This document shows, one piece after another, positions 15,001-19,990 of a DNA stretch of 64,000 nt. Each line of letters starts with the position of its first letter. Positions within the stretch are counted from its first letter, which is position 1. Below the pieces are notes generated by a model. It worked only from the letters and a program-made list of their open reading frames with translations, was not told where the DNA came from and ran no database searches. Location of the stretch: NCBI GenBank assembly GCA_905178155.1, contig CAJINV010000003.1, positions 7,266,372 through 7,330,371 on the forward strand, written 5' to 3'. The position numbers and the translations under genes were made by a program. This DNA is from Amoebophrya sp. A120. Lineage: Eukaryota; Protista; Dinoflagellata.

Positions 15001-18000
15001 CGTCCTGCGTAAAGACCACATCCTCCGCGACGACGGCCGGAACACGGTTCGTTTTCCGCATGGCCATGCTCGCCTCCGGAAGCAGCACGTTGGACAGCAC
15101 AAACGTCAGCTCCGCACCGGCAGTGACTGTGACCGCCGACGGACCGGAGAGCGCTGCTGATTTCGCGCCGGGCTGATTGTTTGCGTTATTAAGGACCATC
15201 ACCGCCTCAACCTGTGGCGTGAAAGATTGCGAAAATTGAAAATCCGCACTCTGGATGTACTTCGATGCGGCCAGGATGTTGTTGCTCCGCATCTGTGCCT
15301 GTGGCACCGCGTGCGGCACTCGCAGCCAATCCGCAGGGATGTACTCGTAGAAAAGCGAATTTCGGTTACCGCCCTCTTGGACCATGTAGAAGTTGATCTC
15401 GGCACCGGTCCCGCCCAACTCTGCGAAGTCACTCCCGGAATACTCCGCATACAGGCGGCGGGGATCCACCGGGTCGTGGAAGGTATAGGGGTCGATGAAA
15501 CGAATCCCGTACGAGAAGCCTTCCTCCGGGCGTTTTTCGTAGTCCGCGTTCCAGTCGGTACCAAGGTTGAAGACCTCGATCCGCGGAAAGATCTTCAGCA
15601 GCGCCTCCTGCACCTCGTAGCGCTTCACGTTGTAGGGCAGCGAAGTTGTGCAGCTCCGTGCCACCGTGGCGTTGGTTTTCGAAGAACCTCGGCAGAGCTT
15701 GAAGTTGCCGGACAGGGGTGCCGACTCTTCCTGCGACAGGGTAACGATACCCCGCGTGTAGGGCGTCTCGGCCGCCGTGGCGTTACGGGGCGGCACCATC
15801 TCAAAGGTTGCGTGTGTTGTCTGGCCGTACAGCCCGTGTGTGCCGCTTCCCAGAATGCAGTTGAAGGTGATTTCGAACCCGACCGCGAGTCCGGCACTGG
15901 TGGCCTGCGCCGCCGCAGCCGTGACGGTAGGCAAGCAGTCCTTGGTGTACTGGATCGTCGATCCGGCCGCTGATTTCGCTCCCCGCAGCGCCGTTTCCAA
16001 CGTCGCGGTGTCCGCCTGGTCCACGCGGACTTTGTCGGTGAAGTACTCGGTGTGGCTCAGGTCGTGCGACACCTTCACCTTCACCGAGTAGAACTGCCCG
16101 GCATCCGACACGAGAAGCGCGTGCTTTTCCCGGTCGCGCCGGGCGGTCAGCGTCATCTTTTGCATCTCGTACAGGCCGCTGGTCTTGTAGAACGCCTCCT
16201 TCTCTGCTTCGGTGAAAATCTGGTGCCCCTCCGCCGTGTGTGTGTCGTTCGCGTAGGTTCCGTTCAGCCAGGGATCGTGCACCGCCACGCCGATCTGCAA
16301 CCAATTGGCGCTCCAGTGGAACTCGTCGTTGTGGTAGATGCGCATGGGGTAGCCCGCAATGCTGGAGTTGTGTGCGTTTTGAAACTTCATGCGCGGGCTG
16401 CGCTGACGCACCGAGTGCGTGGTCAAGTCCGGGTGGCTGCACGTGCTGCCCTCGACGCTCTCTCTCGCGGCCCCGTTGGCAGGCACAAAGGGATTGTTGC
16501 TCTCGCTGCAGTACACGTAGAAGGCGAAGGGGTCGTCGGGCCGCCATCGATCCACCCAGTGGACAATTTTCCCGACCTCCGTCCACAGATTTACGTTCGG
16601 CTCGCTCCCGGTGAAGTCAATCAGGACCTTCGCGGACAGTTCGGCCGCAGTGAAAAACTGGTACTCCGCGTCGGGGGAAAAGTAGGACGGCGGGACGAAA
16701 AAAGTTTCCAGGACCTGCTCGAACTCGTAGTAGCCAGACCAGTCCGCGGTTCGGTCGCGCCACTGGTCCTGCCAGGCCTGGTCCCATGTGTGCAGCTGGC
16801 GGCGGATCGGACCCCGCAACCAGGTACCCTTTTCCTGCCCGAAGGGCTCGGCAGAAACTGACTCGGCCGGGTTCTGGCTCACGAACTGGATCCGGTCCGC
16901 GTTCTCGTTCAAATTTACCGGGTTCATAAACACCTTGGAAACACCAAGCAGCACGTCTTTGCGCAGGCCTTCCGCGTATGCGACGTTGGGGAACATATTG
17001 TCGCTGTTCACCCAGCTCGCGCGTTTCCCGAAGGTCTCTGTGTGGCCAGGATGAAGTCCGGAGTACAGTCGCCATTTCGTGCCGCGGCCGCCAAAGAATC
17101 CGTGCAACGGCAGTTGCGTGCGCAATCCACCCTGTTTGCTGGTGCTCGAAGCGCCGACGTCGAGGCAATCCTGTCTACAGGTCAGAGTGGTCTCAACGTC
17201 CGTCCAGGCGCCGCTGCTCTTTGTGACTGTAATCTGTTGATGTTTCTTCAGCGAACTTGTCCACACGTGCCGATTGTCGTGGTACCCGGGCTCCTGCGCA
17301 AAGGTGGACCCGTCGGGGTTCACGTAGTGGCCCCCGTCGCAGTCCCGCTTGCCCTTGCAAATCCCCCCCGCGATTTCGTGCGCTTGACACAACCTCCTCC
17401 CATCCATTGCACACATACGCGCAGCGTCGTGAAAGGACACTTTGTGGTTGCCGGGCGTGTAGCAATCCTTCGGCGTTAGTTTTTGCCAAGTGTTTTCAAA
17501 AGGCTCCGCGTTTTTGTTCACCGAATGGCAGAACTGCCCGTCTGTGTCGCAACACAAGACCGTGTAAAGCCGACCACTTTGCGCCGGATCCGCAGCTTCG
17601 TGCGGCGGCACCATGACTTGGTGGTCGGTGCCAAAATTGGGGTTGCCGTCGGTCAGTCGAGCCTTGGAGACGACAAGCGACACATTTACCGGTGATACGT
17701 GTGCCTGCATGTCGGAGGAAAGGCCTTGGCAGGAATTCTGCAACGGCACACCGCCGGACAGTGCGTGCTCCGTCACGTCCCACAGGATGGTCTTCGAAGA
17801 GGTCGTGGAAGAGCCCACCGAGACGCGTACCTCCGCGCATCCCGTGATGTCGTCGGCGTGCGGAGGCAGCAACAGCGCCTCCTGCTGGCGCTGCGTGTCC
17901 AGCACCTGAGACAGTGACTGCTGGTAGTCCGCATACGCCGCCTGGCTGTTTGAACCCGAGAAGATCTTCGGGATGCGACACTCGAAATGCGTGGAATTGA

Positions 18001-19990
18001 ATGCCTTGTCCGCAATGACGTGACACGGAATGTCGTTTCGCGGCCCCAAAAAAATCCGTGTGGTGTCCACGTTGAAACCGGTGCCCCGAATTTGCAGCAC
18101 TGCGCCGCCAGTCGGACTCGCAAAGCGCGGACTGATCTCGTAAATCTCCGGGTACATAGCCATGTCGTAACTCACTGGCGGCAAGTTGCTCGGTCTGTCA
18201 TCTTCAAAACGTCGTAGGTGCTGATCGAGTGAACTTTCCTCCACCCCAATGGTGAACAGCCCAAAAGGCCGCGGTTGGTCCGACTTCGTGTTGAGAAACT
18301 GAGCATGCCCGTACCCGTCGGGGCAGTCGGCCGCTGTTTGGCAAGTGCACTGCAGGTCCGAGCACTTCGCCACGTCGTTCAGCCCATTGGGGCGGACGAA
18401 GAGGGAGAACCGGCCCCAGCCCGGCTGCAACCACCCCTGGAGGCGACACGTGAGGCCGATCTTCTCGATCACCCTGTTGTTGTTCTGCAGGTTGTAGTCG
18501 TTCGTGTTTGCGAACCGGTTCGCTAGCAGCAGCTCGTCGGCGAGGCAGGTCGAACCCCCGACCCTTGTTTCCGTCTGCGACCAGGTCTTCGCGAGGATCT
18601 GCTGTCGTCGGTAGGTGGAAGAGCGGGCTCCGTACGACAAAAAGTCGCCGACGGCCAACCCGAAATGCGACACAAATTTCACCACCGGCGTTTGCTCGTA
18701 TTCGTAGCGGAACACCACCGAGGGGTCCCGGACGCGTGCGTAGGTGCCACCGCCCGCGGCGTCCGAGATGATCAGCACTTCGAGCGTGACATTCATCGGC
18801 TCGGGCACCCGCGGGGTGATGCAGATCAGCTCGGACTGCGTGCTCATGGGAAGCATCACTGGGCAGGCGTATTGTCCCAAATAGACCGTTTGCTGCGAGT
18901 AGAGGTTGATTCGGTTTGGATCTAGAAACCCGTCCCCGGTGATGCGCAGCTGCAGGCCCCCCTCGAGACTACCCCGTTTCGGGAAGAAGTCGTTGACCTT
19001 CGCAGCATGCGTGAACAGACTTGCACCAGTGCACACCGCGAAAAACAGCTGAAGAGCACGCGACAGCAAGGTTCGAACTGAACTTTTTTCGCTAGAAGTA
19101 GCGCTCCTTGTTCCGTGCGTTGGGGAGACTGAAAGAAAAGGTCGCAGTCTGCGAAGAGGACAATTCATTGCCGTCTGTTGTCGTCTTATTCTTGGCATCG
19201 TCTTACTAGAGGACGAAAACATCCCCTGTCGCTGCTCAGAAAAACAGCCCCCGGCGTTTTCTTCACCAGCATCGTTCGGCAGAGCTTGTCTTCTTGTTTG
19301 CCCTATTGCTGCGGAGCTCGTGGTGATATTTCTCGTTTCTCTACTTGCACTTTTTCTTTTTGTTCGGGCACGAGATGAGAAATAATCGTCTGGTATCACT
19401 CTGTCGTGTGTACTGCCACTGGAAGATTCGATTCTCGACAAGACAGAGGCCTGTAATTTCATCGGTGTAGTCCCACCTTTCGCGGAGGAAGGAAACCGTG
19501 CATTCGCGCAACTCCTGGCTGGCTCATCATGGCGGCCAGCAGCAGGAAACATAGGTAAAACGCGCGCTCTCGGGGCGGCCGTTGGTCGCTCCATACCCGG
19601 AGGGAAGAGGAGCGGGTTCTTCACGAAACCAAACCGCTCGTCAGAGCAATCAGAATCAAAAGTCGAGATGTTGGCCTTCTGTCTTATTTTTTCTTTTCGG
19701 TCGCTGGATTTCGCGCTCGAAGTAAAGGACGACGAACTACTGGAAGGCGTGCCTCGTCGGACAAGAAAGAGGCCGCTCTTCCATTTGTTCGACGTTGCCA
19801 CCGTTCTTCCCGGGCGAAAATCCTTGATATATTGACCGCCAACAGAAGCACCAGGTTGTGGTTGCGTGGGATCTGGTGCGTCTTCTGTTTCCTCTTCCTC
19901 TCTTGAGGCTTCTGAAGTCGTACTACCGCTAGGTCGACCAGTACCCCGGAGCGACCTGCTTGCTGTTACATCCTCGTCGAGCACAAGCAT
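1..19990 (-). CDS. Giant fibrocystin-L/PKHD1L1-like cell-surface protein, 3'-partial (over 6,300 aa in this window, apparently intronless)
   Basis: Minus-strand frame with codon starts at positions 1 mod 3. The first ATG after an upstream stop is at 19990; further in-frame ATGs lie at 19198 and 19168, before a hydrophobic LLSRALQLFFAVCTGASLFTHA segment. The ORF track lists no minus ORF in this frame from 1 to 20 kb, while all long plus ORFs are its antisense shadows. Hand translation gives IPT/TIG repeats (PKRGSLEGGLQLRITGDGF ~18980; SPRFASPTGGAVLQIRGTGF ~18130; YPTSGSLAGGTEIEFTGFG ~14500; RSGSIAGGTQVKITGRGF ~5230), EGF clusters, a G8 domain and a GRYCTHFH beta-helix. Confidence 0.9.
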   Translation of the reverse strand, partial: MLVLDEDVTASRSLRGTGRPSGSTTSEASREEEETEDAPDPTQPQPGASVGGQYIKDFRPGRTVATSNKWKSGLFLVRRGTPSSSSSSFTSSAKSSDRKEKIRQKANISTFDSDCSDERFGFVKNPLLFPPGMERPTAAPRARVLPMFPAAGRHDEPARSCANARFPSSAKGGTTPMKLQASVLSRIESSSGSTHDRVIPDDYFSSRARTKRKSASRETRNITTSSAAIGQTRRQALPNDAGEENAGGCFSEQRQGMFSSSSKTMPRIRRQQTAMNCPLRRLRPFLSVSPTHGTRSATSSEKSSVRTLLSRALQLFFAVCTGASLFTHAAKVNDFFPKRGSLEGGLQLRITGDGFLDPNRINLYSQQTVYLGQYACPVMLPMSTQSELICITPRVPEPMNVTLEVLIISDAAGGGTYARVRDPSVVFRYEYEQTPVVKFVSHFGLAVGDFLSYGARSSTYRRQQILAKTWSQTETRVGGSTCLADELLLANRFANTNDYNLQNNNRVIEKIGLTCRLQGWLQPGWGRFSLFVRPNGLNDVAKCSDLQCTCQTAADCPDGYGHAQFLNTKSDQPRPFGLFTIGVEESSLDQHLRRFEDDRPSNLPPVSYDMAMYPEIYEISPRFASPTGGAVLQIRGTGFNVDTTRIFLGPRNDIPCHVIADKAFNSTHFECRIPKIFSGSNSQAAYADYQQSLSQVLDTQRQQEALLLPPHADDITGCAEVRVSVGSSTTSSKTILWDVTEHALSGGVPLQNSCQGLSSDMQAHVSPVNVSLVVSKARLTDGNPNFGTDHQVMVPPHEAADPAQSGRLYTVLCCDTDGQFCHSVNKNAEPFENTWQKLTPKDCYTPGNHKVSFHDAARMCAMDGRRLCQAHEIAGGICKGKRDCDGGHYVNPDGSTFAQEPGYHDNRHVWTSSLKKHQQITVTKSSGAWTDVETTLTCRQDCLDVGASSTSKQGGLRTQLPLHGFFGGRGTKWRLYSGLHPGHTETFGKRASWVNSDNMFPNVAYAEGLRKDVLLGVSKVFMNPVNLNENADRIQFVSQNPAESVSAEPFGQEKGTWLRGPIRRQLHTWDQAWQDQWRDRTADWSGYYEFEQVLETFFVPPSYFSPDAEYQFFTAAELSAKVLIDFTGSEPNVNLWTEVGKIVHWVDRWRPDDPFAFYVYCSESNNPFVPANGAARESVEGSTCSHPDLTTHSVRQRSPRMKFQNAHNSSIAGYPMRIYHNDEFHWSANWLQIGVAVHDPWLNGTYANDTHTAEGHQIFTEAEKEAFYKTSGLYEMQKMTLTARRDREKHALLVSDAGQFYSVKVKVSHDLSHTEYFTDKVRVDQADTATLETALRGAKSAAGSTIQYTKDCLPTVTAAAAQATSAGLAVGFEITFNCILGSGTHGLYGQTTHATFEMVPPRNATAAETPYTRGIVTLSQEESAPLSGNFKLCRGSSKTNATVARSCTTSLPYNVKRYEVQEALLKIFPRIEVFNLGTDWNADYEKRPEEGFSYGIRFIDPYTFHDPVDPRRLYAEYSGSDFAELGGTGAEINFYMVQEGGNRNSLFYEYIPADWLRVPHAVPQAQMRSNNILAASKYIQSADFQFSQSFTPQVEAVMVLNNANNQPGAKSAALSGPSAVTVTAGAELTFVLSNVLLPEASMAMRKTNRVPAVVAEDVVFTQDGHLMAPRGEGSAATRMGENGTVVITRSGGRSVRTSLLGEPLFANVNASVYGLRTSDFNITVGNSDCLVTQHRCVENCPDQNDDNFRALLGAGGGASAAGAEQSANVSIVHPLKDFQFATRFEVTCTLQDGTVGRGLQPEISIGGQGFAMSQNLTMDVALELHNVYPTSGSLAGGTEIEFTGFGLQRITCAHIHLGWNANATHREDMWNITLEESDRPAADNTTNVTRAALFYDGTSFSKKDHILPNNLYCRVPYIAVACNAAPHYSCEQRGLKILHETIHDFTFTFDPTLTSRVESLAPVKLAVGFPGVLTFDFSPAWLGYLDLPGSLNPQNDTAFDYSEHITVDLVETMSGQPRVSRNCLIKEVRSTRLTCRLSRDFDSPTYVEDPNLRTQFNHYVLDPEMYRGVSDFLLTPKISVKPFGYAMLTGEQLDTAMYVTRVTPDDFHGLAGGVQTTIEGYGFLGGLPSSSQLHRQLTSDDEEVTTSEDDSFDAVGALMYGASRRELSAAGPPSAGGNQSNGTSNTSNATNSSTAPASSTAAATVVHTGPALVPGMSLQQRRAINPDSTMVLDLANFAVFLETNFTYFYRGTYETSNSKSACVVTEVLDTRIRCNTTAVPYLERFEAMRVGRYSGVATVTTEAKVVINMVKAESYCTAGGAGGGTSTTAAPALRPQPCMHKSHWGSTPAALEVFPKSALSGESFGVVVAGDLLQGQSFATEYAPAVFPLANESTKLIDNLSYTPLVRAELFHGNYDNTRCLLTSTNRGITRPAATCPHCVAGQGECQVRNGQLECVCEPNFYGTRCENQCKCDPVGTEHCIRGTSGGSCVCKQGYTGAECNLALPPNYVLATPKGSGRRALRADGLSADDASSAAPLPAARKPSSSALLQRLAAFGMKAAPAHLADDDARIAWDSDHLVDSSSELHADLTTPAVAMGFSSPDSTPGVSSPRALSAAPSSGSSAVATAASMVLECADGFKRTDQPCSGPGNCAACRSAYHPKTNLTQTRAANESARPSYPLELLVYDSVPKNGTSDHAPHDPLVLTFSHEVVAVSGFIKVMKQPNDTAVFDKRYVDFVNPQPVVNYTDVEVEPANEVFRIALPLPYDSVAGGGYRNAAGRRLSLASQELQQALEENSTYFLDFSQAVIRDANAVGNKQYVGWNQPTPGYEFTNETMYTFSTNNQHHPAPTDGNGAPHMLFFDYRVFEHNSGPSGASGNATMATVLFFLHFDRALQTTVGADADVHIKDCGAVECQFSERPEMKRFNDSTSAGHCSSLETVFTNLTEPRNECGFYLANHNDVVSVAQHASDMVKSFANSTMGTGIAILQANIDLTQEMRHVEVHIAQNGFIAGAHRLVLPIVVHPGGGNDASKANDESMVTTIMCSRRCHPEKDGACCSASDSTNDGSYAGICKVQCPRNRFGANCDRDCNCHQAGTAFCNDGLFHPQRDRADGTCVCKTGFAGPRCDQCAPGYINFPHCDTVCVGKTPCDPRNTLSCSSDATTAPGQNTCQCKEGFNGALCDTCAANYYGNSCSVFCNATQHCSGHGQCGAVERQVNGQTQDILACTCDHGWTGADCSQCDSIAICNKRGVCNHPFVREEMRNVTESTSVPANGTNGTNGSKSNGTSSGQVALVNEETEERLVNVTHPRCKCEDYFWGAYCENDAACSPAGTHQVDPWTGACHCKPNWWGTKCENECRCYADRVNMHDGVAFAPTPVLSGTCNDGNQGDGSCTCFDGFNGTNCEFCADFRVPSGNCSMTCDVNCDAGGTQSCSGNQCQCWPWRSGALCETCKPDYYPAPPGSCSKYCKAETTCNGKGSCNLNGDCVCETGFTGPTCDQCAVGWFPKAPMTLQGPILDTASSHPAHGAVGVSAATENLILKFSEPIDFANLGVIEIRAHHSGANYSMPPDFALDLAILKDQPFHRFLSDKYLYLTPSVLTLYGANTTSGANQTAGPSSSTGAASQQSQFTELQPGKAYHLHTERYGLLQDRDGNKMGLLSTLTPPLEYTFNTAPSGTQPRSMPVYPIFHIDSPLELLDPSGSNYHVVFSVYFSHQISKKNGVNEMQFFELSDCGWDMDCHSACDNEMLDVSAHVTGVMYNKGYTANALQVPGASMASVLGSYGTDARFTDTIPGLLAVQIRIPATGPHPLRRKLQLTILPGLVTDSSGNNEMNLVNATYDFALSGAINQTAHNPHELAPCEWTPGSNATISSAHAHREQVQWTVSAGVAQLFEAQDVRILDFGTDAELATMADAGGMFEVSDHHHAKMIRMRLPEKGAGVFNAGRQIYFRVLAKAAPKPTLFETKAFYSLRFANDSISELAFGDRAVEEMMLSDNTTLAFELRLSRDVSQLLVTGNAVASSFTLTDCGFDLDCRPESCDNRAMTVTNVTLAQHGRIRLIATGFTAPPPFGDASLDMQDGRRFSLSVVPEVAADAYGTRSAAATGIIAELNSAFLAQHFHGPGASPRLSPCDSHPAPAAPVAKPEANFISPEGLVFVAFDRPIEVVPGAKGMVKLLSAPGGVAAHGRRLSEDASAANYEDLQKGDEDGSYALAEEDFAQPSAASAIRFDEDYDADAALRLLTHHFGSNMSNTSNGSNMSNASDSSNASDFLGPAAGSSSPTGQPGSGVDSTMNETSNDTNASSPGGPSSSAPPSTSAPSGVGMLEIPVHKLVVHGKYLVFAPSMSNCSSPAPPPSSTPPEEQGISPDCITQYKFVDGATFHIEIPPNVLRAAQPSGNGPQNIALSTQGFYHVEVNETAASGLRPGVVDYEVLFDHVQNRSRVFLLFSEEVEGKSGSLDAVVEVQSCGSALSCEPIDQRNVTDVAFHSNYSTANEAKAVVLSFPGDVRQELFTITVKANTFMGLQKPGHDGPGVDVSFRTDRYLVPARDLTSVLPKCSFYCNCVNGDCDPNTGACRCPPKDPNSVNGYYGAACQYHSTCHPQNTQSAHGVGTSEGTGECTCKPGFFRTDCSGQCSCHAAGTLAGGQCDPYTGACSCKPGWTGARCDECAAGFVPHGICALSCLPKLCNARGTIACSSTNCVCKPGYFGDLCDQKCECHQRGSRSCDQQTGACTCLPGWGGAKCDQCAPNYYPAGQCFTYCDAATTCNGHGACASDGSCSCEKNWDGNYDCSQCGRNYYGPTCGTYCEANTNCTAASHGFCDPMDGSCNCYEGWFGSSCGSMDISILNADVCQFPAGMQNSYLKIEADYTASNLQASNIQPHQLPANFNSTLKHHLTYALNMTGTRHTPNLRFSQAFDMASIDVRSGSIAGGTQVKITGRGFGFETGYHSVFLVYNTIFDPPDPSSTTCKHPQMLTIGECPMKKTTHTEFRCITPNADTPIHSHSDFASWLNVPNIQFGIRPTNLTSTAVQSEGVCLQSSAAPGAKANELLPMEIFTREDCEQECVDRFWQGCRSFSLGVDLKLGQCILSYDLCTSIGRFNHKSEAATLQYMGFVPYRLDDPDSIGYGDVEHEIPSYLSDVARVNFTYDSTSYISHVSNPHGFGGAEIDVFVENPPPHLRGNGTGEQLPRSDVAEPPSSPMVVIGKGMDWDSALACEVSEWRYLADVSPVDHPARLGAMDDSSATVEALHIKCTVAANTVPAGLYEVKVYQPNIGYTLARSSVQGKPAVFQSLFEISGVSSLTGIVPAGSANTSAQALDLPCQQPNAATSCDPLQGGLGGGVDLHIHGRGFGTSPDQNSVTICGRPAEVRAARYDQLTVRTPRHQNLHLLNELYFNNSEMTENDRKYFYEDIRVSPFLSEPARIFGSHSGAMTDTSFWRFMQLFDNDLVDYPDLPGSDCSVGFTLPEGYLALVKQVKFYPPYSQDDRATLRNTRFQVANDTGTGGYTTMYSIPSSGYVKGGWNTVDLDAPFIGRVFRYLGQSTAGCRLREVKFTGYVIPAAAYASGAHCPVVVEKVKHPDAHYENLANRAPGDASSAGSSTTSVIPGDSFRAVQVATDSYESTSPVPGKLHTVRLSQTTSGFVMMPNHMAPVYPRDYGRFLFLVDDERAQFDIRVHATKSTGNSHVHGYITPAFSHFGNGTAAGSNSTLHRQELHSVELVGTAGSVQSTLLASGLSMATRGVYYLDLTSYVHTSNSDVSTSAVVHHIEIDVNATSPAGASAASSTAPADDNSTSNDTAVGSKGPGPILASAVRFLRTSETLRRHNSQDLLYYKAMHHLTPFISDVDPRNGTARGNTLVTLSGQNLGDVFATGSAGVNSAAFGPLVAPAVRAEDLDDFMEIVMQERDAQNISDRVQNLTSNTSVTESYLFRPRFAEVAFNGYDCMEVTNWANRTDDSMQCRTAPRSDGIKPSSFSVRIPGKGFAIRTDRLRIFYRYLDKWSDPANWLNEELPRRGDSAWVPEGQAIMVDQSVPQLGLTYVAGVMVFDNTKPRLTYDSTWFWVHGGTLEIGTDLIPYENRVVLTLHGDKYKTVELPYIGQKMVVVTNQGNLGGDSSIARKVGKLDIHGRRTRNCVRLAESANPGEDFVIVDALPNWEPGYDLVLAHPVEEATLVSANLTLYDRANGMLVIDGVPTVVSGDQSVGPFGEGMRASTGAAVVTEMKPPEYEEVAVLFLAKPLANYHEAIQYRYFADDRNTIPDLRPHICTLSRNIVIQGSQDSHLADWGVHTGAFYGGEYRLKDVEVRNCGQGGQMGRYCTHFHKMSPGRQVDVYKSYVHNCAIHHSFMRGVVAHSTKFTVAEGNVGYLIKAHNMQIENGDEKETVWRNNVFIKALPMVLGLADDTTPAAYWAVHGSVIWDSNVGYASAFGYRFNPKGEFAGESIQYNHMVNNSAVGCGMAIQFFPAWAPNLDLYVNKFTAVHCGATLFVKLCNPCHYWDFNVIEPSGVGYVTKFTDPDDNPARPMFQNWLMVGDMEEPNRRNPGLGFYFNGQDGYWMHNITIVNYGDQPPFAGGFNCPAFGYLVPTHRMSAVTLVNATGGLLWTESYSRYAIWHDLDGSVTGFTTHGGYMTGQFGFNQWTRNSLALHTPQGVVPPPNADAYDRAATGPLCRF
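400..2015 (-). other. G8 domain followed by parallel beta-helix (PbH1) region of the giant protein
   Basis: KWSDPANWLNEELPAEGDSAWVPEG...GGTLEIGT...LTLHG (G8), then LSRNIVIQG...CGQGGQMGRYCTHFH...IHHSFMRGVVAH. This is the G8/PbH1 arrangement known from fibrocystin, fibrocystin-L and CEMIP/TMEM2. Boundaries are approximate. Confidence 0.8.
3330..3700 (-). other. Galactose-binding-like (F5/8C or CBM32-like) domain within the giant protein
   Basis: LFDNDL...CSVGF...VKFYP...FQVAND...GWNTVDL...RY...CRLREVKFTG pattern; recognised by eye only. Confidence 0.5.
5460..6370 (-). other. Laminin-type EGF repeat cluster 2 within the giant protein
   Basis: Dense Cys spacing with CxCxxGxxGxxC motifs. It appears on the plus strand as repeated gca (A/T-rich) codons in the shadow ORF 5429-6166. 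Confidence 0.75.
9470..10870 (-). other. Laminin-type EGF repeat cluster 1 within the giant protein
   Basis: CVCKTGFAGPRCDQCAPGY, CQCKEGFNGALCDTCAANYYG, CTCDHGWTGADC, CHCKPNWWGTKC, CTCFDGFNGTNC, CVCETGFTGPTCDQC. Confidence 0.8.

Noticed and set aside
68-18925. Long plus-strand ORFs (918, 541, 475, 315, 299, 269 aa and others)
   Set aside because: All start at positions 2 mod 3, the exact antisense register of the giant minus ORF. They are V/R/H-rich with no domains, so they are shadow ORFs.
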